Below, piece by piece: positions 1-10,739 of a stretch of 64,000 bases of DNA. The stretch's first letter is position 1. Each line of letters starts with the position of its first letter. The stretch is taken from NCBI RefSeq assembly GCF_023954335.1, contig NZ_JAMLIE010000005.1:30965-94964 (forward strand), in the 5' to 3' direction. The notes under the pieces are model-generated. The model made no database searches. It was not told the origin of the DNA and worked only from the letters and a program-made list of their open reading frames with translations. A program made the position numbers and the translations under genes. This DNA comes from Aquamicrobium sp. Its GTDB lineage: Bacteria; Pseudomonadota; Alphaproteobacteria; Rhizobiales; Rhizobiaceae.

Positions 1-714
1 GAAGCCGTCCGACTTGCCCGGTTCGAGATGCCGCAGATAACCGGCCGACACGGTCACGGAGACGGGGCCGGCAAGCGCGATGTCGCCGACGAAGACGCCA
101 TAGCGCAGCGTCGGGCGGCTCCAGGCGTCGTCCGACAGGGTGAACTCGCCGCCGAAGCGCAGGCGCTGCGTCCTGCGGCCGGCCTTCAGGTAAAAATAGA
201 CCTGGTCGGCGACGGTGGACCAGGCGCCGTAGGAGTGGAGGTAGAGCGCGTCGACGGCGCTGGTGTCGAAGCCGTACTGGACGGTGACGCCGACATCGCT
301 GCCGTCGGTCGGGCTGCCGGACGGACGCTCCCTGTTGTTGCGGTAGTGCAGGCCGGCCGAGAGCGAGAAGTAATAGCCCGGCAGCGTCCACTGATGCCCG
401 ACGAGCAGCGACGAGTAGAAGGATTTCGTCCGGCTCAGCGGCGCGTTCGTCTGGCCGAGGCCGACGCTCGAGGTGATTGTCCAGCCGGAGCGGCCGATGT
501 CGCCGTTGAGCGCGGTGACGAAGCCGATATTGGCGCTGGAATCGGCGCTGTCCGTGCCCGGCGCGCCGGTGCTCGCGCCCCAGAACAGCACGGTGTCGAA
601 GCGCGCCGCCTCTCTCTCCGGCGCGGCGTCGCCGGCGCGCGCGTCCGCCGCGGCGAAAGCCGCCGCCGCCACGCACGCGGCAAGGTTGCGACTGGCGCCC
701 CTTCCGCCTCCCAT
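1..714 (-). CDS. BcsS-like outer-membrane beta-barrel protein (cellulose biosynthesis BcsS family), 3'-partial
   Basis: Not in the ORF track because it runs off the window edge. Manual translation from ATG 714 (GGAGGAAGG upstream): MGGGRGASRNLAACVAAAAFAAADARAG (signal-like) ... FVTALNGDIGRSGW ... LLVGHQW ... SVTVSAGY. Alternating beta-strand pattern resembles BcsS. Confidence 0.6.
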   Translation of the reverse strand, partial: MGGGRGASRNLAACVAAAAFAAADARAGDAAPEREAARFDTVLFWGASTGAPGTDSADSSANIGFVTALNGDIGRSGWTITSSVGLGQTNAPLSRTKSFYSSLLVGHQWTLPGYYFSLSAGLHYRNNRERPSGSPTDGSDVGVTVQYGFDTSAVDALYLHSYGAWSTVADQVYFYLKAGRRTQRLRFGGEFTLSDDAWSRPTLRYGVFVGDIALAGPVSVTVSAGYLRHLEPGKSDGF

Positions 715-992
715 GCCTTCCTCCCCGCCGCCGCCCCGACGTTGCGGAGCGAACGGACCGGCCGATCCGGCCGCGTGGTTTTCCCACTTTCCCTGGCGAG
801 TTCTTCTGTCCCCGTCGCGCGATTTCCGTGGGGGACGGATGCTCGCGGACCGGATGATAGAATCTTCCGCAAGAGTTCCCAAGAGGACCGGACGGCTTTT
901 TCTGCCGGGCCGATGGATGACCGGAGTATTCTTCCGCCGCCGGTCCCGACGCGGGAAGGAGGCGTCGGTTATCGACGCGTCTCTACTTGCTT

Positions 993-1889
993 CTATCCTG
1001 CCTGCCGGCCGTTCAGGTCGAGGATGCCGAGCATCGCCTCGATGGCGCGGGTACGGTGGCGCTCGGGATGGGTCAGCACCGCGAAGTCGCGCACCGGCGG
1101 GTCGCGCCAGACCACCGGGCGCTGGCATATGCCGCGCACGCTGCCGGCCACCCGGCTGGAGACCATGCTGACGCACGAGCCGGCGGCGACCGCGCTCAGC
1201 ACCGCCTCGTTGGATGGGATTTCGAGCGCGACGTCGAGGTCGGCGACGGCAAGGCCCATCTGCGCCAGATGCGCCTCGAATTCCGAGCGGGTGCCGGACC
1301 CCTTCTCGCGCAGGATCCATGCCTGGCCGCGATAGTCCGCCGCCTCCAGCGTCGTCGCGCCGGCCAGCGCGTGGGTCTCGCTCATCACCAGCACCAGCTC
1401 GTCGCGGGCGACCACGCGCCGCTTGAGGTTCTCCTCCGACACGTCGCCCTCGACGAAGCCGAGATCGGCGCTGCCGGCGGCCACCGCGCTCGCCACCTGC
1501 GCCGTGTTGCCGATGGTCAGCGACACCTCGATGTGCGGGAAGCGCTCGTGAAGCCGGATCAGCCGGGCCGGCAGCCAGTAGCTGGCCACGGTCTGGCTGG
1601 CATAAAGGCGCAGGCGCCCCCGCGGCTCGTTGGCGAGGTCGTCGAGCACGGTGCGGGCGAGCCCGGCCTGGGCGATGACCGCGCGCGCGGTGGAGACGAA
1701 CGCCTCGCCGGCGGCGCTGAGCTCGATGCCCCTGCCCACCCGGTTGAACAGCGCCACCCTGCTCTGCCCCTCCAGCGCGGCGATGGCGGCCGACACAGCC
1801 GACTGGCTCATATGAAGCGCCTCGGCGGCGCGCGTCATGTGGCCGCGCTCGGCGACGGCGAGGAAGATGCGGAGCTGGTCGAGAGTCAT
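993..1889 (-). CDS. LysR-family regulator, CysL/YeiE-like
   Basis: HTH MTLDQLRIFLAVAERGHMTRAAEALHMSQSAVS; C-domain QTVASYWLP...GNT...DLGFVEG...REKGSGTR. Start is the ATG at 1889 inside the longer track ORF. Confidence 0.92.
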   Translation of the reverse strand: MTLDQLRIFLAVAERGHMTRAAEALHMSQSAVSAAIAALEGQSRVALFNRVGRGIELSAAGEAFVSTARAVIAQAGLARTVLDDLANEPRGRLRLYASQTVASYWLPARLIRLHERFPHIEVSLTIGNTAQVASAVAAGSADLGFVEGDVSEENLKRRVVARDELVLVMSETHALAGATTLEAADYRGQAWILREKGSGTRSEFEAHLAQMGLAVADLDVALEIPSNEAVLSAVAAGSCVSMVSSRVAGSVRGICQRPVVWRDPPVRDFAVLTHPERHRTRAIEAMLGILDLNGRQAG

Positions 1890-1984
1890 GGCCGAACAAT
1901 AGCTGGAATCGATCGGTCGGAAAGGAAATTCGCCCGTTGCAGATCGATCGAGCGCCGATGCGCTCGCGCCGGCCGACCTGCGGC

Positions 1985-3097
1985 TCAGCCGATCACGGTC
2001 AGGCTGCGATCGAACCCGGTCAGCGCGCGCGCGCCGCCTTCCGTCACCAGCATATCGTCCTCGATGCGCACGCCGATGTCGCCGGGGCGGTAGAGGCCGG
2101 GTTCGAGGGTGAAGACGATGCCCGGCTCCATCGCCTGCCCGTTGCCGATCATCACTTGCGGCGCCTCGTGGACCTCGAGCCCGAGGCCGTGGCCGGTCTT
2201 GTGGACGACGAGGTCGGCGAAGCCGGCGTCCCTCATCGCCTGCGTCACGCGGCGGTCGTACTCGTCCATGGTCATGCCCGGCCGGGCGATCTGGTGGCCG
2301 AGCGCGTTGGCGCCGCGCACCGCCTCGTAGATGTCGCGGTGTTCCGCCTGCGCGTGGCCGACGAAGACAGTGCGGGTGATGTCCGCGGCATAGCCGGCGA
2401 AGGCCGCGCCGTAGTCGACAAGCAGCGGCTGGCCCTTCTCCAGCCTGCGTTCCGGCGAGGGCGTGCCGTGCGGATCGGCCGAGGCCGGACCGCTGAGCAC
2501 GATCGGCTCGAAGGACGGGCCGTCGGCGCCGTGCTCCAGCATGGCGGCGAGCAGTATTTTCCGGAACTCGGTCTCGCTCATCCCCGCCCCGGCGCGGGCC
2601 AGCGTATCGGCGAGCGCCGCCTCGCTGATGGCGATCGCCTTCGACAGCGCGGCGATCTCCGCCGCGTCCTTGTGCAGGCGCATGCGCGAGATCGCGGCAT
2701 GGGCGTCGATGATCGCCGCGCCGGCAAACGCCTCGCGCAGCGCCTGTGCCTCGAAGAAGCGCATGCGCTGGCCCTCGACGCCGATCCGCGCCGGTCCGAC
2801 CAGCTCCGCGACCGTGCGGAACGCGTCCCGATAGCCGTCGGAATCCTGCCAGTAGACGGTCTCGACATCCGGCGCGGCAGCCTGCCAGCGCGATCTTTCG
2901 AGCAGGGGAATGACCGCGTGCCCCGTCCCTGAGCGCGAGACGAGGAGGACGGTCGGCCGCTCCATCAGTCCGAACTGAACCCCGGTGAGGAAATAGAAGT
3001 TCGGCCCCGGAACGATCGCGGCGACGTCGATGCCCGCCTCGTCCATGGCAGCGAACAGGCGGGACTGGCGTTGGCTGGCGAGCGTCGGGTCGATCAT
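1985..3097 (-). CDS. M24 Xaa-Pro peptidase
   Basis: Creatinase-N domain plus M24 motifs VDYGA, ADITRT, HKTGHGLGLEVHEAP, TLEPG, GVRIEDD. Confidence 0.92.
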   Translation of the reverse strand: MIDPTLASQRQSRLFAAMDEAGIDVAAIVPGPNFYFLTGVQFGLMERPTVLLVSRSGTGHAVIPLLERSRWQAAAPDVETVYWQDSDGYRDAFRTVAELVGPARIGVEGQRMRFFEAQALREAFAGAAIIDAHAAISRMRLHKDAAEIAALSKAIAISEAALADTLARAGAGMSETEFRKILLAAMLEHGADGPSFEPIVLSGPASADPHGTPSPERRLEKGQPLLVDYGAAFAGYAADITRTVFVGHAQAEHRDIYEAVRGANALGHQIARPGMTMDEYDRRVTQAMRDAGFADLVVHKTGHGLGLEVHEAPQVMIGNGQAMEPGIVFTLEPGLYRPGDIGVRIEDDMLVTEGGARALTGFDRSLTVIG

Positions 3098-3120
3098 GGC
3101 GGGCTCCGGGAGGGGAAAGG

Positions 3121-3873
3121 TCAGGGGTCGAGCGAGAAGCGCAGCCCGGCATCGGGCTCGAACCCGCGCTGGATGATCCGCAGCTCGGCCATCACATGGC
3201 GGCTCGCCGCGGCCTCGGCCGCCGGCCCGTCGCCGGCGGCGATGGCCCCGGCCATGGCGCGGTGGTCGGCGCCGCGCGCCGCCCGCTCGGCCGCGTCGAA
3301 ATGCGGGTAGTAGTAGAGCAGCAGCATGCGGCGGCCGTAGTCGAGCGTCAGGCTGTAGAAATTGGCGAGGAAGCCGTTGCCGCTCGCCTCGGCGATGGCA
3401 CGGTGGAAGGCGAGGTCGGCGGCGACGACGGCGTCGGTTTCGTTCCCTGCGACGGCAGCCTCGTACTGCGCCCGCGCCGCCGCGATCCGGGCGATGTCGC
3501 CCTCGCCGCGCACTTCCGCCGCAAGGCGCGTCACGGCGCGCGACAGCAGCGCCAGCGTGTCGAAATACTCATGCGCGTTGCCCATCGAGTGCGGGGCGAC
3601 GATGGCGCTGCGGCTCGGCAGGAACTGCACCAGCGCCTCGCGCGACAGCATCAGCAGCGCCTCGCGCACCGGCGTGCGCGACAGGCCGAACCGCGCCGCC
3701 AGCCCGACCTCGTCGATGGCGCTGCCGGGCTCGATCCTCAGCGTCAGGATGTCCTCGCGCATCTCCTCGTAGACGGCAGCGAAGCCGCGCTCGCGCCGGC
3801 GCGCCGTTCCCGTCGCCGCGTCCCCGTTGCCCACCCTGTTGCCGATGTCCTGCCCGTCCTGCGGCCGTTTCAT
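3121..3873 (-). CDS. GntR/FCD-family regulator
   Basis: wHTH (LAARFGLSRTPVREAL) and FCD motifs (DLAFH...ASGN, DHRAM). ATG at 3873 chosen. Confidence 0.9.
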   Translation of the reverse strand: MKRPQDGQDIGNRVGNGDAATGTARRRERGFAAVYEEMREDILTLRIEPGSAIDEVGLAARFGLSRTPVREALLMLSREALVQFLPSRSAIVAPHSMGNAHEYFDTLALLSRAVTRLAAEVRGEGDIARIAAARAQYEAAVAGNETDAVVAADLAFHRAIAEASGNGFLANFYSLTLDYGRRMLLLYYYPHFDAAERAARGADHRAMAGAIAAGDGPAAEAAASRHVMAELRIIQRGFEPDAGLRFSLDP

Positions 3874-3909
3874 GCCGGCTCCCGTTTCCCGCAGCCTCGA
3901 AAATCTCCA

Positions 3910-3929
3910 TTGCATAATGTTTGCATTAT
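3910..3929. promoter_or_regulatory. Putative operator in the gntR-dppA divergent region
   Basis: ATAATG-TTTG-CATTAT inverted repeat (3914-3929) and TTGCAT direct repeat at 11-bp spacing, in an AT-rich patch. Confidence 0.45.
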
Positions 3930-4120
3930 AGTCTAGCTTCAAGTCTCCGGACAGGCCGCGCGCACCCGGCCCGTGAGAAAAGAGGCAGGTGGCGAACGGG
4001 CCGGTCGTGGCGCGTCGTGCGCCGGCTCGCGAGAAGCCGGAAAGACGTGGATGGGAGCGCTGTCTTCGGAACGGACCTGGCACGACGCCGGCCGAGGGGA
4101 GTCACAAGAGGAGAACGACC

Positions 4121-5716
4121 ATGAAACTGATGAAGGCGCTTTTGACCGCCACCGCGATGACCTTCGCCATCGCCGGCGCGGCCGAGGCCAAGACGCTGGT
4201 CTATTGCAGCGAAGGCTCGCCCGAAGGCTTCGACCCGGCCCCGTGGACGGCCGGAACGAGCTTCGACGCGTCCTCGCGCGCGATCTACAACCGGCTGATC
4301 GAGTTCGCCCCCGGCAGCACCGAGACCCAGCCCGGCCTCGCCGAGAGCTGGGAGACCTCGGACGACGGGATGGAGATCACCTTCCACCTGCGCCAGGGCG
4401 TCAAGTTCCACACCACGCCCTGGTTCACGCCGACGCGCGAGTTCAACGCCGACGACGTGATCTTCTCGTTCCAGCGCCAGCAGGACAAGTCCAGCCCCTG
4501 GTACGAATACACCGCCGGCATCGCCTGGGAGTATTTCGACTCCACCGGCATGGCCAGCGCCATCAAGGAGATCGTCCGCGTCGACGACCACACGGTCAAG
4601 TTCGTGCTGACCCGCGCCGACGCCACCATCCTCGCCACCTTCCCGATGGACTTCGCCTCCATCATGTCGAAGGAATATGCCGACCAGCTCGACGCCGCCG
4701 GCACGCGCGAGCGGCTGAACACGCAACCCGTCGGCACCGGCGCCTTCACCTTCGTCGACTACCAGCAGGACGCGGTGATCCGCTACCAGGCCTTCGCCGA
4801 CTACTGGGACGGCAAGCAGCCGATCGACGACCTGATCTTCGCCATCACCGTCGATCCGGGCGTGCGCCAGCAGAAGCTGGTGGCCGGCGAGTGCGACATC
4901 ATCCCCTACCCCAACCCGGCCGACATCGAGGGCCTGAAGGGCAATTCCAACCTGACGGTGATGCAGCAGGAAGGCTTCAACATCGGCTATCTGGCCTACA
5001 ACACCCGCCAGGCGCCGTTCGACAAGCCCGAGGTGCGCCGCGCGCTGAACAAGGCGATCAACAAGCAGGCGATCATCGACGCCGTGTTCCAGGGCACCGG
5101 CCAGGCGGCCGTCGCGCCGATCCCGCCGACCTCGTGGGGCTATAACGATGCGCTCGTCGACGATCCCTACGACCCCGAGGCGGCCAAGGCCGAGCTCGAG
5201 GCGGCGGGCGTCACCGGCCTCAAGATGAAGGTGTGGGCGATGCCGGTGCAGCGCCCCTACAACCCCAACGCGCGCCGCATGGCCGAGCTGATCCAGGCCG
5301 ATTTCGCCGCGGTCGGCGTCGAGGTCGAGATCGTGTCGATGGAATGGGGCGAGTATCTGGCCCAGTCCTCGTCGGTCGACCGCGACGGCGCGGTGCTGCT
5401 CGGCTGGACCGGCGACAACGCCGACCCGGACAACTTCCTTTCCGTGCTGCTCGGCTGCGACGGCGTCGGCGCCAACAACCGCGCCCAGTGGTGCCACCAG
5501 CCCTATGAGGACCTGATCCAGAAGGCCAAGGTCACCTTCGACGAGGCCGAGCGCAAGGCGCTCTACGACGAGGCGCAGGTCATCTTCAAAGAGGAGGCGC
5601 CGTGGGCGACCATCGCCCATTCGATCGTCACCATGCCGATGCGCAACACGGTCCAGAACTTCAAGCAGGACCCGCTCGGCATCCATCGCTTCGTCGGCGT
5701 GGACAAGTCCGAGTAA
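4121..5716 (+). CDS. dppA: Dipeptide ABC transporter substrate-binding protein
   Basis: Signal peptide, KTLVYCSEGSPEGFDP, WAMPVQRPYNPNARRMAELIQ, GWTGDNADPDNF; GAGGAG RBS before ATG 4121. Confidence 0.95.
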   Translation: MKLMKALLTATAMTFAIAGAAEAKTLVYCSEGSPEGFDPAPWTAGTSFDASSRAIYNRLIEFAPGSTETQPGLAESWETSDDGMEITFHLRQGVKFHTTPWFTPTREFNADDVIFSFQRQQDKSSPWYEYTAGIAWEYFDSTGMASAIKEIVRVDDHTVKFVLTRADATILATFPMDFASIMSKEYADQLDAAGTRERLNTQPVGTGAFTFVDYQQDAVIRYQAFADYWDGKQPIDDLIFAITVDPGVRQQKLVAGECDIIPYPNPADIEGLKGNSNLTVMQQEGFNIGYLAYNTRQAPFDKPEVRRALNKAINKQAIIDAVFQGTGQAAVAPIPPTSWGYNDALVDDPYDPEAAKAELEAAGVTGLKMKVWAMPVQRPYNPNARRMAELIQADFAAVGVEVEIVSMEWGEYLAQSSSVDRDGAVLLGWTGDNADPDNFLSVLLGCDGVGANNRAQWCHQPYEDLIQKAKVTFDEAERKALYDEAQVIFKEEAPWATIAHSIVTMPMRNTVQNFKQDPLGIHRFVGVDKSE

Positions 5717-5732
5717 CCGGACGATGATGCAT

Positions 5733-5761
5733 GGCGGGCGGGCCCTCTCGGCCCGCCCGCC
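5733..5761 (+). other. Intercistronic stem-loop after dppA
   Basis: GGCGGGCGGGCC-CTCTC-GGCCCGCCCGCC, 12-bp stem with no U-tract; typical mRNA-stabilising hairpin. Confidence 0.6.
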
Positions 5762-5779
5762 GTCGCCTGCGGGGTCGCG

Positions 5780-6787
5780 ATGCTGCGTTTCACTCTTAGC
5801 CGCCTCATCCTGGTCGTCCCGACCTTCATCGGCATCACGCTGATCGCCTTCATCTTCATCCGCATGCTGCCCGGCGACCCGGTGCTGCTGATGGCCGGCG
5901 AGCGCGGCGTCTCGCCCGAGCGCCATGCCGAGCTGATGGCGCAGTTCGGCTTCGACAAGCCGATGTGGCGGCAATATGTCGACTATATCGGCCAGCTGCT
6001 CAAGGGCGACTTCGGCTCGTCCATCTCGACCAAGCGGCCGGTGCTCGATGACTTCATGCTGCTCTTCCCGGCAACGCTGGAGCTTTCGCTCTGCGCCATC
6101 ATCGTCGCCGTCGTGCTCGGCATTCCCGCCGGCGTCTTCGCCGCGGTGAAACGCGGGACCTGGCTCGACCAGTCGATCATGGGCGTTGCCCTCGTCGGCT
6201 ATTCGATGCCGATCTTCTGGTGGGGCCTGCTGCTCATCATCTTCTTCTCCGGTTATCTCGGCTGGACACCGGTCTCGGGGCGCATCTCGCTGATGTACTT
6301 CTTCCCGCAGGTCACCGGTTTCATGCTGATCGACAGCCTGATCTCCGGGCAGGCGGGGGCGTTCAAATCGGCGCTGACCTACCTGATCCTGCCGACGGTC
6401 GTCCTTGCGACGATCCCGCTCGCCGTCATCGCCCGCCAGACCCGTTCGGCCATGCTCGAAGTGCTCGGCGAGGACTATGTCCGCACCGCCCGCGCCAAGG
6501 GCCTGCCGCCGTTCCGGGTCATCGGCGTGCATGCGCTGCGCAACGCGATGATCCCCGTCATCACCACGATCGGCCTTCAGGTCGGCGTGCTGCTCGCGGG
6601 CGCCATCCTTACCGAGACGATCTTCTCCTGGCCGGGCATCGGCAAGTGGATGGTCGACAGTGTCTTCAAGCGCGACTATGCCGTGGTGCAGGGTGGCTTG
6701 ATGCTGATCGCTGCCGTCATCATGATCGTCAACCTCGTGGTCGACCTGCTTTACGGCTGGGTCAACCCGCGCGTGCGGCACAAGTGA
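5780..6787 (+). CDS. dppB: Dipeptide ABC permease
   Basis: LPGDPV, EDYVRTARAKGL EAA loop, ETIFSWPGIG. Confidence 0.95.
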   Translation: MLRFTLSRLILVVPTFIGITLIAFIFIRMLPGDPVLLMAGERGVSPERHAELMAQFGFDKPMWRQYVDYIGQLLKGDFGSSISTKRPVLDDFMLLFPATLELSLCAIIVAVVLGIPAGVFAAVKRGTWLDQSIMGVALVGYSMPIFWWGLLLIIFFSGYLGWTPVSGRISLMYFFPQVTGFMLIDSLISGQAGAFKSALTYLILPTVVLATIPLAVIARQTRSAMLEVLGEDYVRTARAKGLPPFRVIGVHALRNAMIPVITTIGLQVGVLLAGAILTETIFSWPGIGKWMVDSVFKRDYAVVQGGLMLIAAVIMIVNLVVDLLYGWVNPRVRHK

Positions 6788-6798
6788 AGGAGCGGACG

Positions 6799-7737
6799 AT
6801 GACGATGACCCCGCCCCCCGCCGCGCCCGAACCCGATGCCGCCATCAAGCTCGACGCCGGCCCGGCCATGCAGCCGGTCTCGCCCTTCTTCGAGAACTGG
6901 CACTATTTCACCCGGAGCCGCGGCGCCGTCGTCGGCCTCGGCGTGTTCATGGCCATGGTCGCCATCGCCGTGCTGGCGCCGTGGATCGCGCCGCACGACC
7001 CGGCGGCTCAGTTTCGCGACGCGCTGCTGGTGCCGCCGGCCTGGACCGAGAACGGCCGCGCCGCGTTCCTGCTCGGCACAGACGCGGTCGGCCGCGACAT
7101 CCTCTCGCGCCTCATCTACGGCGCGCGCTTCTCGCTCTTCATCGGTCTCGTCGTCGTGACGCTTTCGGTGGTCTCGGGTGTGCTGATCGGTCTTATCGCC
7201 GGCTATTTCCGCGGCAAGGTCGATACGTTCATCATGCGCATCATGGACATCATCCTGGCGTTCCCCTCGCTGCTGCTTGCCCTCGTGCTGGTGGCGGTTC
7301 TGGGGCCGGGCCTCTTGAACGCCATGATCGCCATCTCGCTCGTCAACCAGCCGCACTTCGTGCGCCTGACGCGCGCGGCCGTGATGACCGAGAAGTCGAA
7401 GGACTATGTCGTCGGCTCGAAGGTCGCGGGCGCCGGCACGCTGCGCCTGATGTTCCTCACCATCCTGCCGAATTGCCTCGCTCCACTCATCGTCCAGGCG
7501 ACGCTCGCCTTCTCGGCGGCGATCCTCGACGCGGCGGCGCTCGGCTTCCTCGGCATGGGCGCGCAGCCGCCGACGCCGGAATGGGGCACGATGCTCGCCG
7601 AAGCGCGCGAATTCATCCAGCGCGCCTGGTGGGTCGTCACCTTCCCCGGCCTTGCCATCCTCATCACCGTGCTGGCCATCAACCTCATGGGTGACGGCCT
7701 GCGCGACGCCCTCGATCCCAAGCTGAAGCGGAGCTGA
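6799..7737 (+). CDS. dppC: Dipeptide ABC permease
   Basis: LLGTDAVGRDILSRLIYGARFSL, QPPTPEWG, LRDALDPK. Confidence 0.95.
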   Translation: MTMTPPPAAPEPDAAIKLDAGPAMQPVSPFFENWHYFTRSRGAVVGLGVFMAMVAIAVLAPWIAPHDPAAQFRDALLVPPAWTENGRAAFLLGTDAVGRDILSRLIYGARFSLFIGLVVVTLSVVSGVLIGLIAGYFRGKVDTFIMRIMDIILAFPSLLLALVLVAVLGPGLLNAMIAISLVNQPHFVRLTRAAVMTEKSKDYVVGSKVAGAGTLRLMFLTILPNCLAPLIVQATLAFSAAILDAAALGFLGMGAQPPTPEWGTMLAEAREFIQRAWWVVTFPGLAILITVLAINLMGDGLRDALDPKLKRS

Positions 7738-7742
7738 CGATC

Positions 7743-8578
7743 ATGGCGCTGCTCGAAATCCGCAACCTCACCGTGTCGTTCGAGACCGCTGCCGGCCGCT
7801 TCCACGCCGTGAAAGGGCTCGACATCTCGGTCGATGCCGGCGAGGTGCTGGCCATCGTCGGCGAATCCGGCTCCGGCAAGTCGGTGGCGATGCTGGCGGT
7901 GATGGGCCTGCTGCCGCCGACGGCGGACGTCAGCGCCGACGCGATGCTGTTCGAGGGCCGCGATATCCTGAAACTGTCGCCGGCCGAGCGCCGCCGCCTC
8001 TCCGGCCGCGACATGGCGATGATCTTCCAGGAGCCGATCGCCAGCCTCAATCCCTGCTTCACCGTCGGCTTCCAGATCATGGAGACGCTGGCGCGCCACA
8101 CGCCCCTCGACGCCGCCGCGCGCAAGCGCCGGGCGATCGAGCTGCTCGACGCCGTCGGCATCCCCGCCCCCGAGGCGCGGCTTTCCTCCTTCCCGCACCA
8201 GATGTCGGGCGGCCAGTGCCAGCGCGTCATGATCGCCATCGCCACCGCCTGCAACCCGCGCCTGCTGATCGCCGACGAGCCGACCACCGCGCTCGACGTC
8301 ACCATCCAGAAGCAGATCCTCGACCTGCTGCTGCGGCTCCAGATCGAGAACGGCATGGCGCTCGTCCTCATCACCCACGACATGGGCGTGGTCGCCGAGA
8401 CCGCCGACCGCGTGGTCGTCCAGTATCGCGGCAGCAAGATGGAGGACGCGGACGTGCTCTCGCTGTTCGAAAACCCGCAGAACCCCTATACGAGCGCGCT
8501 GCTCGCCGCCCTGCCAGAGAATGCCGGAGACGGGCGGCTGCCCACCGTCGCCGCCACCGCGAGCTGGGAGACGCCGGC

Positions 8579-8582
<4 letters not shown>
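7743..8582 (+). CDS. dppD: Dipeptide ABC ATPase
   Basis: Walker A GESGSGKS, signature MSGGQ, ADEPTTALD. Confidence 0.95.
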
Positions 8583-9421
<839 letters not shown>

Positions 9422-9461
9422 GCGCTGGCGGCGACGAAGCCGCAAATCTCTCCGTCCCTGC

Positions 9462-9489
9462 GTCATGCCCGGGCCTGTCCCGAAGCATC
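9462..9489. repeat. Degenerate Rhizobiales REP-like arm
   Basis: GTCATGCCCGGGCCTGTCCCGAAGCATC resembles the GTCATG(G/C)CCGGGCTTGTCCCGG(C/G)CATC palindromic repeat I recall from this group; single copy here. Confidence 0.4.
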
Positions 9490-9520
9490 TGCAATCTGCG
9501 GACCGAGGCATCGTTGTCGA

Positions 9521-9553
9521 CGGCGAAGGCCCCCGGCGAGGAGGCCTTCGCCG
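9521..9553. terminator. Hairpin between convergent dppF and livK-like gene
   Basis: CGGCGAAGGCC ... GGCCTTCGCCG, 11-bp stem. Confidence 0.55.
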
Positions 9554-9562
9554 GTCCGGAAG

Positions 9563-10663
9563 CTAGTTCTCCAGATAGTCGTACTTGCCGGCCTTCCACT
9601 CGTAGATGACGTAGCCGGGCAGCTTGACGTCGCCCTTGTCGTCGAAGCCCGACTCGCCGAGCACGGTCTTGAAGGTGCCTTCGTTCAGCGCCTTGACCAC
9701 CGCGTCGAACTCGGTCGTGCCGGCGGTGTTGGCCGCCTCGGCCCAGGCCTGCACCGAGGCGTAGGTGTAGAGCACGTAGCCTTCCGGCTCGACGCCCTTG
9801 GCACGGAACTGCTCGACCAGCGGCGCGGCGTCCGGGTTCTTGCGCGGGTCGGGCGAGAAGGTCATCAGCGTGCCTTCGCCGGACTCGCCGGTGATCGCCC
9901 AGTATTCCTCCGTCGTCAGGCCGTCGCCGGACATCAGCACCGTGTCCATGCCCTGCTCGCGCATCTGGCGGGCGATCAGCCCGGCCTCGGTGTGGTATCC
10001 GCCGACATGCAGCACGCCGACGCCCTCGGCCTTCAGCTTGGAGACGAGCGCGGTGTAGTCCTTCTCGCCGGCGGTGTAGGCCTCGTAGAGCGCCGGCTTG
10101 CCGCCCGCCGCCTCATAGGCCGCCATGGTCGCGTCGGCGAGGCCCTGGCCGTAGGCGGTCTTGTCGTGGATGAACGCCACCTTCTTGTCCGGGAACCGCT
10201 CGTGGATGAACTGGCCGGCGATCTCGCCCTGCTGGTCGTCGCGGCCGCACATGCGGAAGATGCCGGGGCCGGGGCGCTCGTCGGTATAGACCGGGTTGGT
10301 CGAGGCCGGCGAGATCTGGATGATGCCTTCCTCGGCATAGACGGCCGAGGCCGGGATCGACGAGCCCGAGCAGAAATGGCCGGCGACGAGGACGACGCCG
10401 GAGCCCGCGAACTGGTTGGCGACCGCGACAGCCTGCTTCGGGTCGCAGGCGTCGTCGCCGATCTCGAGCTTCAACTGCTCGCCATTGACGCCGCCGGCGG
10501 CGTTGATGTGCTCGACCGCGAGCTCGGCGCCCGCCTTCATCTGCGCGCCGAACGAGGCGTACTGCCCGGTCATCGGACCGGCGGTGGCGATCTTGATCTC
10601 GGCCCAGGCCGGACCGGCGACGACGACGCCCAGCATGGTGCTGGCTGCAAGAATCCGTTTCAT
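9563..10663 (-). CDS. Branched-chain amino acid ABC substrate-binding protein (LivJ/LivK type), without permeases in window
   Basis: Signal peptide, AGPMTGQYASFG, DDACDPKQAVAVA, GHFCSGSSIPAS, DKTAYGQGLA. Confidence 0.93.
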   Translation of the reverse strand: MKRILAASTMLGVVVAGPAWAEIKIATAGPMTGQYASFGAQMKAGAELAVEHINAAGGVNGEQLKLEIGDDACDPKQAVAVANQFAGSGVVLVAGHFCSGSSIPASAVYAEEGIIQISPASTNPVYTDERPGPGIFRMCGRDDQQGEIAGQFIHERFPDKKVAFIHDKTAYGQGLADATMAAYEAAGGKPALYEAYTAGEKDYTALVSKLKAEGVGVLHVGGYHTEAGLIARQMREQGMDTVLMSGDGLTTEEYWAITGESGEGTLMTFSPDPRKNPDAAPLVEQFRAKGVEPEGYVLYTYASVQAWAEAANTAGTTEFDAVVKALNEGTFKTVLGESGFDDKGDVKLPGYVIYEWKAGKYDYLEN

Positions 10664-10739
10664 GTCCACTCCCATTGGCACCTTCTCCTGAGGTGCGGCG
10701 CCGGCGGGTGCCTTCTCCCGGCGGCCGCAATCCATTGCG

